Part shown: positions 1 through 7,530 of the stretch, piece after piece
How positions within the stretch are numbered: position 1 is the stretch's first letter
Layout: each line of letters opens with the position of its first letter
Program-made: the position numbers and the translations under genes
Source of the DNA: Promethearchaeota archaeon
GTDB lineage: Archaea; Asgardarchaeota; Lokiarchaeia; Sigyniarchaeales; SOKP01
Direction: 5' to 3'
DNA length: 13,882 nt
Assembly (NCBI GenBank): GCA_048941265.1
Contig: JBHLNT010000110.1
Location: forward strand, 1 to 13,882
Notes under the pieces: model-generated
Databases searched by the model: none
What the model was told of the DNA's origin: nothing
The model's input: the letters and a program-made list of their open reading frames with translations, nothing else

Positions 1-2
1 TT

Positions 3-1010
3 AAAAAAGCAACAAATGAAGTTCAAATCATAATTTATGAAAATAAGAAAATATCCGCTAATGGAAGGAAAAATTTAGAAATTTATGATTATCCAAACAA
101 AGAAATTATAACATATTCAAATCAACAAGTGGATAAGCTTCGAATTTGTTTTAATAAAAATTGTCCCTTATGTGAGAATGCAAAAAAATTATTTGTTTAT
201 ACATTTAAAAAAAATTGCCCTTATTGTAGTTCAGAAACAGTTAAGTTAAATAGAATTAGGATAAAAATTAATAGCCTATTATTTCAATTAATAAATAAAA
301 TTGAAAGTGAGGGAGATTTAAATTATTTAAATCATATAAATTTCCCTCGTATGATTAGAGGAGAAGAAGATAAGGGTTTAAAACAAGTTAAAGCAATTCT
401 AAATAAAGATTTAAATGGCTCATGTTATTTTATTAACGCAAAGGATGATTTTCGATATTATTTCATAGAAAAAAAAAGATCTTTTAACATTGACGAAATC
501 AATGATAGTGTGCTAAAAGGAGATAATTATGAATATTACAAAAATCCTAAACTTCTTATTAAACATAACAATATTATCCCCGAAGCTATTTATATGGATG
601 AAAATATATGTTTTACTTCCTCAGTTTATTCACTACTCCATGATGATCCCACAGAATTAAAATTTCTATGTGCAATACTAAATTCCATCTTAATGCAATT
701 TTATTGTATGTATGGAATAAATAATCAAAAAGATACTACGATAAATTTGAATCAATATATGATTAGGCATCTTCCTATAGTAAAACCAGAAAGCCAAGTT
801 AAATCCGAAATTGTTAAAAAAACCGATAACGTCCTTAATTTATTTGAAGCTAGTACAGGCGAATTAAATGAAGATATTATCAAAGTTTTAAGGGAGATTG
901 ATAATCTTATTTTTAATCTTTACTCTATTACTGATAATGAGAGAAATATTATAATAAATAATGTTAAAAATAAAATAGATTTTTTTGATATTATCTATTC
1001 CTTCCAGTAG
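3..1010 (+). CDS. C-terminal part of an N6-adenine DNA methyltransferase / type IIG-like RM protein with a TaqI_C-like target recognition domain (5' truncated by the window edge)
   Basis: The frame is open from nt 3 (KKATNEVQIIIYENKK...), so GTG at 129 is unlikely to be the start. PKLLIKH...AIYMDENICFTSSVYSL...LKFLCAILNSILMQFY...INLNQYMIRHLPI and the end EIDNLIFNLYSITDNERNII match the TaqI_C/Eco57I-type C-terminus. Catalytic motifs lie outside the window. Confidence 0.8.
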   Translation, partial: KKATNEVQIIIYENKKISANGRKNLEIYDYPNKEIITYSNQQVDKLRICFNKNCPLCENAKKLFVYTFKKNCPYCSSETVKLNRIRIKINSLLFQLINKIESEGDLNYLNHINFPRMIRGEEDKGLKQVKAILNKDLNGSCYFINAKDDFRYYFIEKKRSFNIDEINDSVLKGDNYEYYKNPKLLIKHNNIIPEAIYMDENICFTSSVYSLLHDDPTELKFLCAILNSILMQFYCMYGINNQKDTTINLNQYMIRHLPIVKPESQVKSEIVKKTDNVLNLFEASTGELNEDIIKVLREIDNLIFNLYSITDNERNIIINNVKNKIDFFDIIYSFQ

Positions 1011-1051
1011 GAAGTTATAACGATATACGTAGTACTAATCTATATCTCACA

Positions 1052-2065
1052 TTATTTAAATTTAAAGTGAAAATCACATACCGAATCTCCTACTCCTAGA
1101 AATTGCCTTCTCTCTAATACAATCTCCGGATTAAATTCTTCAATCGCAGGTTCATAAAAAGGAATACACATATCTTTACAGATGGCTTCGATTCTATCAT
1201 GTCTTGCTGGATTTCGATCCATCATATCTTTATATGGGCAACCAGTAATGTTAAGTAATGCTTCAATCTCTTTTTGGTCTACAATTTCATATTTATAACC
1301 TTCGCATGCCCACATAAATTCAAGGATTTTTATTAAATCTTTAATTGAATTACCCTCTATATTAAGATAACGCTTCATTCTTCGAAATATAATTTGATAT
1401 AATCTCTGCCAAACAACAGTATCTATTTTTAAAGCCAAATCATACCCCAATTCATTTTCAGTTTCAACCATCCACAAACCATCCATAGTGAACCAATGGC
1501 TTTCGTAATAAAATAGTTTATCATCTACAGATGCTTCTTGTTTTAAAAAATCAACTGGCGATTTTACTCCATTATTATTAAAAGCAAACTTAAAATCACA
1601 TAAATCATCGCCAAGCCCTTGAGATTTGATTACATTAAAAGTAATACTATTTTTAGTGTCTTCAATTACTTCTTTATAAAATGGATGACACATCTTCTCA
1701 CAAATTATTTTTATCATATCTCTACGCTCTGGATTACGATCCATCATTTCTTTATATGGACACGTAGATATTCCAATATGGATTTCATTGGGTTTATTTT
1801 CTAATAATTTATAGCCCCAACCCTCAATAAACCACCGAAATGTCAACATTTTTATAATATCATAAGGAGTATTAGTTTCAATATCGAGATACCTCTTGAG
1901 TCTTCGGAATATAGTTTTCAATAATCTTATCCATACATTTTTATCAATTTTTAACGCAGTCATCCAATCTTTCTCATTTTCAATTTCCAAAAACCATAAT
2001 CCATCTAAAGTAAACCAGTTTCGCTCAAAAAAAAACAGTTTCTCTTCTTTACTTAACTCTCTCAA
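1052..2065 (-). CDS. Tandem two-domain DUF6125-like (V4R / ATC-hydrolase-like fold) protein, ~337 aa
   Basis: Two internal copies of KLF..E..WFT(L/M)DGLW..E.ENE....ALKID..VW.RL...IFRR.KRYL.IE, CPYK.MMDRNP.R...I..IC..MC.PFY and G.GD..CDF.F. Start moved to TTG at 2065 (after GGTAATAAAA) to avoid overlap with the amidohydrolase, which ends at 2088. Confidence 0.75.
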   Translation of the reverse strand: MRELSKEEKLFFFERNWFTLDGLWFLEIENEKDWMTALKIDKNVWIRLLKTIFRRLKRYLDIETNTPYDIIKMLTFRWFIEGWGYKLLENKPNEIHIGISTCPYKEMMDRNPERRDMIKIICEKMCHPFYKEVIEDTKNSITFNVIKSQGLGDDLCDFKFAFNNNGVKSPVDFLKQEASVDDKLFYYESHWFTMDGLWMVETENELGYDLALKIDTVVWQRLYQIIFRRMKRYLNIEGNSIKDLIKILEFMWACEGYKYEIVDQKEIEALLNITGCPYKDMMDRNPARHDRIEAICKDMCIPFYEPAIEEFNPEIVLERRQFLGVGDSVCDFHFKFK

Positions 2066-2087
2066 TTTTATTACCGAGTATTTTCTT

Positions 2088-2954
2088 CTAATTAATTTTG
2101 ATATTAAATAACTTTTTAGCATTGTTGAAAAATATATCTTCATAAAAAGCTTTTGGCATCTCCATCTCAAATAAACCCATCGTAGAGTATTTATAGTCAT
2201 AAGGGATATTTGGAAAATCACTCCCAAAGAGTATACGATCCTGATATGAAATGAGCACCTCTCGCTTTATACGCTTAACCTTCCTCTCGGGAAAAATATT
2301 GTCCGGGATATATATCATAGCGGTATCTAAATAGAGGTTTTCGTGCTTATCCAATAGATTTATAAATTTTTCATATTCAAAAGCCCCCATATGGGCAACT
2401 ATTACATGCATGTCCGGATATTTATCTATAAATTGCTTAAAAAATTTATATCCTACAAAATTATTTCGATAAGGAGCTGTGCCCGCATGTATCGCTAACC
2501 ATTTTCCTCTATCAATGATTAAATCATAAATCGGATACATTCGCTTATCATTTACATGAAAATTTTGGACTAGTGGCTGAACCTTTATGCCAAGAAAGTC
2601 GTATTGATCAAAGAGTTTAGCGATATAATCAATTCGGTCTTTATCATCAGGCCATACACAACCAAAAGGAATTGCATTTCTATGGGTTTTAACAAAATCT
2701 ACTGTCCAATTATTAATAAACTCTGCTACTCCTTCCTTATGAGCATAATTATATGTAGTAAACGCTAATACATTCTGACTTTCGAGAATTTTTGCTAATT
2801 CTTCCGGAGATTGCTTATAATTAATAGGCCATCCTATAATATTACCTTTCTCATCAGGTAATTCAAAAAAGTTCCAAATTGCTTTAAAAATCTGATGAGG
2901 GAAAAAATGACAATGGGTATCTACATACTTGAAATCAAAATGCGAATAGACCAT
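2088..2954 (-). CDS. Amidohydrolase_2 family metal-dependent TIM-barrel hydrolase, ~288 aa
   Basis: Motifs DTHCH, GIKVQP, IHAG, VAHMG, YLDTA and ILFGSDFP. ATG at 2954 has a T-rich TATA-like box ~25-30 nt upstream, so the mRNA may be leaderless. Confidence 0.9.
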   Translation of the reverse strand: MVYSHFDFKYVDTHCHFFPHQIFKAIWNFFELPDEKGNIIGWPINYKQSPEELAKILESQNVLAFTTYNYAHKEGVAEFINNWTVDFVKTHRNAIPFGCVWPDDKDRIDYIAKLFDQYDFLGIKVQPLVQNFHVNDKRMYPIYDLIIDRGKWLAIHAGTAPYRNNFVGYKFFKQFIDKYPDMHVIVAHMGAFEYEKFINLLDKHENLYLDTAMIYIPDNIFPERKVKRIKREVLISYQDRILFGSDFPNIPYDYKYSTMGLFEMEMPKAFYEDIFFNNAKKLFNIKIN

Positions 2955-3047
2955 TAAGTTGAGAAGTGATTCACTCAATAAAAAATTTTGAACTTTTGAT
3001 TAAAACCTAGCACTTTTTAAACGAATATCCAACACTTTTAAAGGCAA

Positions 3048-3118
3048 AATAAAAAGAAAAATGAAAAAAATCGAATGATTCATTCTTTTTGAGTTAGTCT
3101 ACCAATAATCAGAGTAAG
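3048..3118 (-). repeat. Degenerate duplicate of the 3' end and T-rich terminator of the RHH gene (left direct repeat)
   Basis: 3048-3090 matches 6326-6368 at 41/43 nt, and 58/71 ungapped out to 3118/6396. The minus strand reads LTLIIGRLTQKE* against LTTIVRRTPEKE* in the RHH gene. Confidence 0.85.
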
Positions 3119-3328
3119 GTTAATTATTCTCTAATTTATTTTAGTTTTGTTAAATGCTTAGTAAACGTAATTTTATTTATGAACTATATTTTGAATATAG
3201 TTTTTCAAATTTAAGATAATGTATAAAAATAAAGCTAATATACAAATATATCTTTTTAAAAAATATAGTTCTTTTTTATTGAATAAAATTCTAATGACTA
3301 AATTTCATTTAATTAGGGAGATTAAATT

Positions 3329-3856
3329 ATGGATTTAAAAAGAGAAATAATGTTAAAAGTCAGTATTTTTGGAGAAAAAAATGTTGGAAAGACTACTTTA
3401 ACTAAACGATACCTTACTGGGCTTTTTGACGATGATATAAAATCTACATTAGGATCAGAGATTTTTATCAAATTTTTAAATTTTAAAAATTACTTAGTTA
3501 CCCTTCAAATATGGGATTTTGGAGGAGAAGATAAGTTCAGATTTTTACTTCCGATATACTCGAAAGGCTCACATGGAGGAATCTTCATGTATGATCTCTC
3601 AAGACCTAATACTTTGAATAAAATTAATGAGTTTTTAGATCTTTTTAAGCAAGGGTTAGAAGAAAACAAAAAAGAAATACCGATTTTATTGGTTGGTGGA
3701 AAATTAGACCTTATTAACACTAGCGATGGAATATCAGAGAATATAAGGAATTTAATGGAATCTAGAAATTTCTGCAATTTTATTAAATGTTCTTCAATAA
3801 CAGGTGAAAATGTTGAGCGCTTATTTGAATTATTGATTGAAAATATATTGGATTAA
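3329..3856 (+). CDS. Rab-like small GTPase (Ras superfamily, Asgard type), 175 aa
   Basis: G1 GEKNVGKTT, G2 STLG, G3 LQIWDFGGE, DKFRFLLPIYSKG resembling RabF motifs, G4 variant VGGKLD, G5 variant CSSITGENVE. SD GGGAG at 3316-3320. No C-terminal prenylation motif. Confidence 0.95.
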   Translation: MDLKREIMLKVSIFGEKNVGKTTLTKRYLTGLFDDDIKSTLGSEIFIKFLNFKNYLVTLQIWDFGGEDKFRFLLPIYSKGSHGGIFMYDLSRPNTLNKINEFLDLFKQGLEENKKEIPILLVGGKLDLINTSDGISENIRNLMESRNFCNFIKCSSITGENVERLFELLIENILD

Positions 3857-3924
3857 AGAAGTCAATAACAGAAAAACTCGTTTGTAATTGTAAATTTCAT
3901 ACTCCTTATTTTATACATGAACAA

Positions 3925-5007
3925 TTAATAAAATATTTCTTTTGCAATCTCATCTATAGGTCTTAGGATATTTATATCACCAGTCCAATCTTTTAAAATA
4001 TTATAATATATAGATTCAATTTTTTCAACAAATTTTTTAAGTAAGATTTGAAGAGACTTCAATTTCTCATCACATACAATTGCTCCATATATATATTCCC
4101 CGGGTTGTATTAGTATTATTTTTTCCCCCTGATCAATAATTAAAGCTTCTTTTTGCTTGGTAACTGTTTCGAAAAGCATTTTAGCAATAGTCATTCTGCC
4201 AGAAACAATATACTTGCTGTCATTTTCATTTAATCCATCAAATGACTTTTCATAGATAAACAAGCCAGAGTTATGAATAATTAGAATAGAGGATATTTTT
4301 TCTTGCCAATCGAACTCAGAAAAAGATGGAATTGAAAGAGAAAAAAGAAATATTAAAGTTATGCCTATTATTTGCATAATATCCCCAAATAATCTGCCCG
4401 TCAACCCAAAAATCCTTAGCATGAAAGTTAATGTCAGTTGATACCCAATTACAATAAGGATAAGTCCTATACAAAATTCAAAAAATTTTAATTTAAAATT
4501 AGCAATTAAACCCTTCTTATATAGGTCAGAATATATAGATTTTATATAAAATACAAAAAATATTACAAATATGGGCCATAATAAATCAGAGAATAATGTA
4601 GCATACTCCAAACTAAAAAAAAGAATACATATATAAATTATAATCATAATTGAAAATATCTTAGTAAAAAGAAATTTTGTTATAAAAATCTTATTTTTCT
4701 CAAAAATGTAAATGAAAAAAAGTGCAAATATAATAATAATGATATAACCAATATTAATTAGCAAAGTCCTTAATTCAGAATCATAAATCTGGTAATCAGC
4801 AATAATTATTATCATCCATCTAAGAGAATATCCTAATAATACCCAAAAATATGATTGTTCTTGTAAAGTTCTTAAATCTCTCCTTTTATTTTTAATCCTT
4901 ATATAAAATATTAATGCAAACTCTAAAAAGATAAACGCGATAATGCATTCCAATAATAATAATATATCTCTTAACGAACCAGTTATCGGATATAGCTCTT
5001 GAATCAA
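3925..5007 (-). CDS. Membrane protein with ~7 TM helices and a C-terminal longin-like domain (paralog B), ~360 aa
   Basis: Seven hydrophobic segments, then PSFSEFDWQEKISSILIIHNSGLFIYEKSF...IIDQGEKIILIQPGEYIYGAIVC...LLKKFVEKIESIY...WTGDI, a beta-beta-alpha-beta-beta-beta-alpha-alpha pattern. Start moved to TTG at 5007 behind the strong SD AAGGAGGGG. Confidence 0.75.
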   Translation of the reverse strand: MIQELYPITGSLRDILLLLECIIAFIFLEFALIFYIRIKNKRRDLRTLQEQSYFWVLLGYSLRWMIIIIADYQIYDSELRTLLINIGYIIIIIFALFFIYIFEKNKIFITKFLFTKIFSIMIIIYICILFFSLEYATLFSDLLWPIFVIFFVFYIKSIYSDLYKKGLIANFKLKFFEFCIGLILIVIGYQLTLTFMLRIFGLTGRLFGDIMQIIGITLIFLFSLSIPSFSEFDWQEKISSILIIHNSGLFIYEKSFDGLNENDSKYIVSGRMTIAKMLFETVTKQKEALIIDQGEKIILIQPGEYIYGAIVCDEKLKSLQILLKKFVEKIESIYYNILKDWTGDINILRPIDEIAKEIFY

Positions 5008-5023
5008 ATTAATACCCCTCCTT

Positions 5024-6169
5024 TTAATTAAAAATTTTATATATAATAGTATCAAAACCTGAAAATATTTTCTCTTCAGAGCCTTTAATCATCTCTATAT
5101 TTAAGAGAATATTTCGATAAAACGCCTCAAATTCATTTTTAAGTACTTTATGAAAATAACTAACGCTTTTCATTTCTTTCTTAACTAAAAGACAATACAT
5201 AACAAAAGAAAGTGCTTCTTCGCCCTGATTAATTAATATTATAAAATTCCCATGTTCAATCCTTTTTATGGTTCCTCCCTCAATATGAGTCAGACCTGTG
5301 AAAATATCTTTAATCCCTTTTATCCCACTAGAAAATAGAAGTCTGTCCTCCGGAAGAATTAAACTTTCCCGAGAATATTTATTTTTTTCTTCTTGTTTAG
5401 TGAAATCATAGGTATATATAATCTTAAAATTATTATAGTCAATAATATAGAGCTTTAAAACGTTTTCTTTCCATTTAAATTCGAGAAATATTGGAAACCT
5501 ATATGATCCAAAAAAGGTTATCATTAATCCAATCACAAAAAGCGAGATAAATAATAATTGCACAATATTTTGGACCTGGTCAGAAAATATTTCTTGCTTT
5601 TTTTCAGCTCCTAATAAAATGCCACTTATCAGAATGACTTCTCCGATAAAAAAGACTATAATTCTCCTTCTAATATCACCTGATGTTAATTTTATTAATC
5701 TAATATGAAAATAAAACATGTAAATCACTCCAATCGAAACGGCAATTAATATTAGTATGATATAAATTAATGTACCCATAACAAGGAGAATTAATAAGCT
5801 TAATATTATTGTTATAACACTAATTGCTCTACTAATTTTTGGATTAATTATATCACGAAAATCGTTTAGAGAAATAATAAGCTGAAAAATAATTACTCCA
5901 ATCGATACTAAAATATGAGATAAGTAGCGTAAGAGATTACTTAGAGGAATATCTGTAATGTAATAACTATTAATAGAGAGCAAAATCACCCCTGTAACTC
6001 CAAACAAATATAAACATCCCATTGCTACTAAAAAATAATTAAGACGTATTTTCTCATCTTTAACTTTATAAAATAAATAGAAGAAATAAATACTAATTTG
6101 ATAACCTATAATAAGAGAGATAATTGTAAAAGGAAAATAATATTCATTTAAATAATCGGTCCAAATCAT
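5024..6169 (-). CDS. Membrane protein with ~7 TM helices and a C-terminal longin-like domain (paralog A), 381 aa
   Basis: Seven hydrophobic segments, then PIFLEFKWKENVLKLYIID...FSSGIKGIKDIF...IKRIEHGNFIILINQG...YCLLVKKE...LKNEFEAFY. SD GAGGGG upstream of the ATG; 16-nt gap to paralog B suggests an operon. Confidence 0.75.
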   Translation of the reverse strand: MIWTDYLNEYYFPFTIISLIIGYQISIYFFYLFYKVKDEKIRLNYFLVAMGCLYLFGVTGVILLSINSYYITDIPLSNLLRYLSHILVSIGVIIFQLIISLNDFRDIINPKISRAISVITIILSLLILLVMGTLIYIILILIAVSIGVIYMFYFHIRLIKLTSGDIRRRIIVFFIGEVILISGILLGAEKKQEIFSDQVQNIVQLLFISLFVIGLMITFFGSYRFPIFLEFKWKENVLKLYIIDYNNFKIIYTYDFTKQEEKNKYSRESLILPEDRLLFSSGIKGIKDIFTGLTHIEGGTIKRIEHGNFIILINQGEEALSFVMYCLLVKKEMKSVSYFHKVLKNEFEAFYRNILLNIEMIKGSEEKIFSGFDTIIYKIFN

Positions 6170-6325
6170 GTTCTACCCCTCTTTATGAAAAAAATTATTA
6201 TTTTGGGTGACTTAATTTTTTAAATCAGAACTATACTAGAATTAAAGCAAATTCTATAAAAAATTTTTATATTAAAAATGGATGATTCTCTTAAATTAGA
6301 TTAATGTTACGTAGCATATAAAAAT

Positions 6326-6357
6326 AATAAAAAGAAAAATGAAAAAAATGGAATAAT
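6326..6357 (-). terminator. Oligo-T archaeal-type terminator of the RHH gene (part of the right direct repeat, 6326-6396)
   Basis: Runs of T7, T5 and T5 on the minus strand directly after the TGA stop. Confidence 0.6.
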
Positions 6358-6525
6358 TCATTCTTTTTCAGGAGTCCTACGAACAATCGTAGTGAGCTCT
6401 GATTTGAGTAAGTCTCTTATGGCAACTCGTATCACTTCACTTCGATTAGGATAAACGTTAAGATTTACTAATTCTTCGATTCCTGATAAATATGCCTCTG
6501 GCAAATGACACGTTATTAATTTCAA
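6358..6525 (-). CDS. Ribbon-helix-helix (CopG/Arc/MetJ) regulator, CdrS-like, ~55 aa
   Basis: KLITCHLPEAYLSGIEELVNLNVYPNRSEVIRVAIRDLL is a typical archaeal RHH with the PNRSE.IR.A.R signature. Likely start is TTG at 6525, behind AAGGTG/AGGA. Confidence 0.88.
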   Translation of the reverse strand: MKLITCHLPEAYLSGIEELVNLNVYPNRSEVIRVAIRDLLKSELTTIVRRTPEKE

Positions 6526-6619
6526 ATTCTTCCTAACACCTTCAAAATTGTGGTTTTTGTTAATATTAGCATGAGAAGACAAGGATAAATATTAATATAA
6601 TATACATATAACACTCCCT

Positions 6620-6644
6620 TACCCCAATAATACTCCAATAATAC
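6620..6644. promoter_or_regulatory. 11-bp-period direct repeat upstream of the RHH gene (candidate operator)
   Basis: CCAATAATAC occurs at 6624-6633 and 6635-6644, just upstream of TTATAT-like boxes on the minus strand. Confidence 0.4.
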
Positions 6645-6736
6645 AAAAGATCGGGAAAATTTTGACATAAAAATAATTATAAGAGTGAAAAATATAGTGA
6701 AAAATCAAAAAAAATATAAAAAAGAAAAAAATAATA

Positions 6737-6825
6737 ATATTGGGTTGCGCTTTGGAATTGAAACTTTTCTGTTTACTCCCAATTTACACAATTGATCTCA
6801 ATTTTCCAAGCGCTGCCCCTAATAT
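6737..6825 (-). other. Imperfect stem-loop 3' of hsp20, followed by T-tracts
   Basis: Minus-strand arms AUAUU-GGG-GCGCUU-GG-AAUUGAGA pair with UUUCAAUU-CC-AAGCGC-CCC-AAUAU. GC-rich relative to its flanks; oligo-T follows at about 6707-6731. Confidence 0.55.
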
Positions 6826-6838
6826 CTTAAAATTTGAA

Positions 6839-7309
6839 TTAATTGCTTCTCGCATCATTAATGTCTATTTTCTTTGAAGGTTTTTTCCCAACTTTCACTT
6901 TTAACAAGCCGTTGGCCATGACAGATTTTATCGAATCCACGTCTGCGTTCGCAGGTAATGGGATATCCATATCTACATCAATAAAAGTGAAAAAGAACCT
7001 CATAAACGGATGTCCACGTTGACCAGATTCTTCTTTAGTTTCTCCCTCAGTCTTAGGCTTTGATGCTTTAACATTTAAGCTATTGCCTATTAAAGAGACC
7101 GTTACATCCTCTTTTGTACGCCCAGGTAATGGCACTGTAATCAAATAGCCGTCTTCACGATCCTCAATATTGTATGGAACCCATGAACCAATTCTGCCCA
7201 TGCATTCCTCTACATGTCGAGCTATTCTCCCCATGAAATGCGGAAAGCCGTGAGCAAAGGCGTCAGGCCCACACCAATTTTGATGCTTACCTCCTTTTGT
7301 ATGACACAT
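6839..7309 (-). CDS. hsp20: Small heat-shock protein (Hsp20 / alpha-crystallin family), 156 aa
   Basis: PYNIEDREDGYLITVPLPGRTKEDVTVSL, IPLPANADVDSIKSVMANGLLKVKV and the C-terminal IXI motif (KIDIN). SD AAGGAGGT upstream. Confidence 0.93.
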   Translation of the reverse strand: MCHTKGGKHQNWCGPDAFAHGFPHFMGRIARHVEECMGRIGSWVPYNIEDREDGYLITVPLPGRTKEDVTVSLIGNSLNVKASKPKTEGETKEESGQRGHPFMRFFFTFIDVDMDIPLPANADVDSIKSVMANGLLKVKVGKKPSKKIDINDARSN

Positions 7310-7377
7310 GGTTTTTATACCTCCTTTTATTTTGTTTTTTTTTATAATTTGTTATTTAATATCAGATCAAAATTATT

Positions 7378-7530
7378 CTAAAGGAAAACTGCGATTAATA
7401 ATCGAAAATAGTACAAGGATATCCCTATAATTGAAAAAACTAAACCAGCAATGATATAGCTACATGTTCTACTGCAAAATTTTTTAAGCGTTCTGCCTAT
7501 TCCAATATTATTTTCCCTCAGATTGATCAT
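7378..7530 (-). CDS. Possible 50-aa membrane peptide (below the ORF-track cutoff)
   Basis: ATG at 7530 to TAG at 7378 gives MINLRENNIGIGRTLKKFCSRTCSYIIAGLVFSIIGISLYYFRLLIAVFL. It is co-oriented between padR and hsp20 but has no clear SD. Confidence 0.35.
   Translation of the reverse strand: MINLRENNIGIGRTLKKFCSRTCSYIIAGLVFSIIGISLYYFRLLIAVFL

Noticed and set aside
1619-2111. Plus-strand ORFs 1619-1804 and 1896-2111
   Set aside because: Antisense shadows of the DUF6125-like gene with no recognisable motifs.
3505-3777. 90-aa minus-strand ORF
   Set aside because: Antisense to the well-supported GTPase gene.
3925-6169. Calling the 7TM proteins rhodopsins or true GPCRs
   Set aside because: No retinal-binding Lys in helix 7 and no DRY or NPxxY motifs; only the helix count is shared.
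7259-7276. Peptide WCGPDA occurs in both Hsp20 and transposase ORF2 (~11263-11280)
   Set aside because: Third codon positions mostly differ and the flanks are unrelated, so this is treated as coincidence.
6800-7497. Similar strings on both sides of hsp20 (AATTTTCCAAGCGCTGCC at 6800-6817 and AATTTTTTAAGCGTTCTGCC at 7478-7497)
   Set aside because: Short, and needs a gap plus mismatches; too weak to call a repeat.
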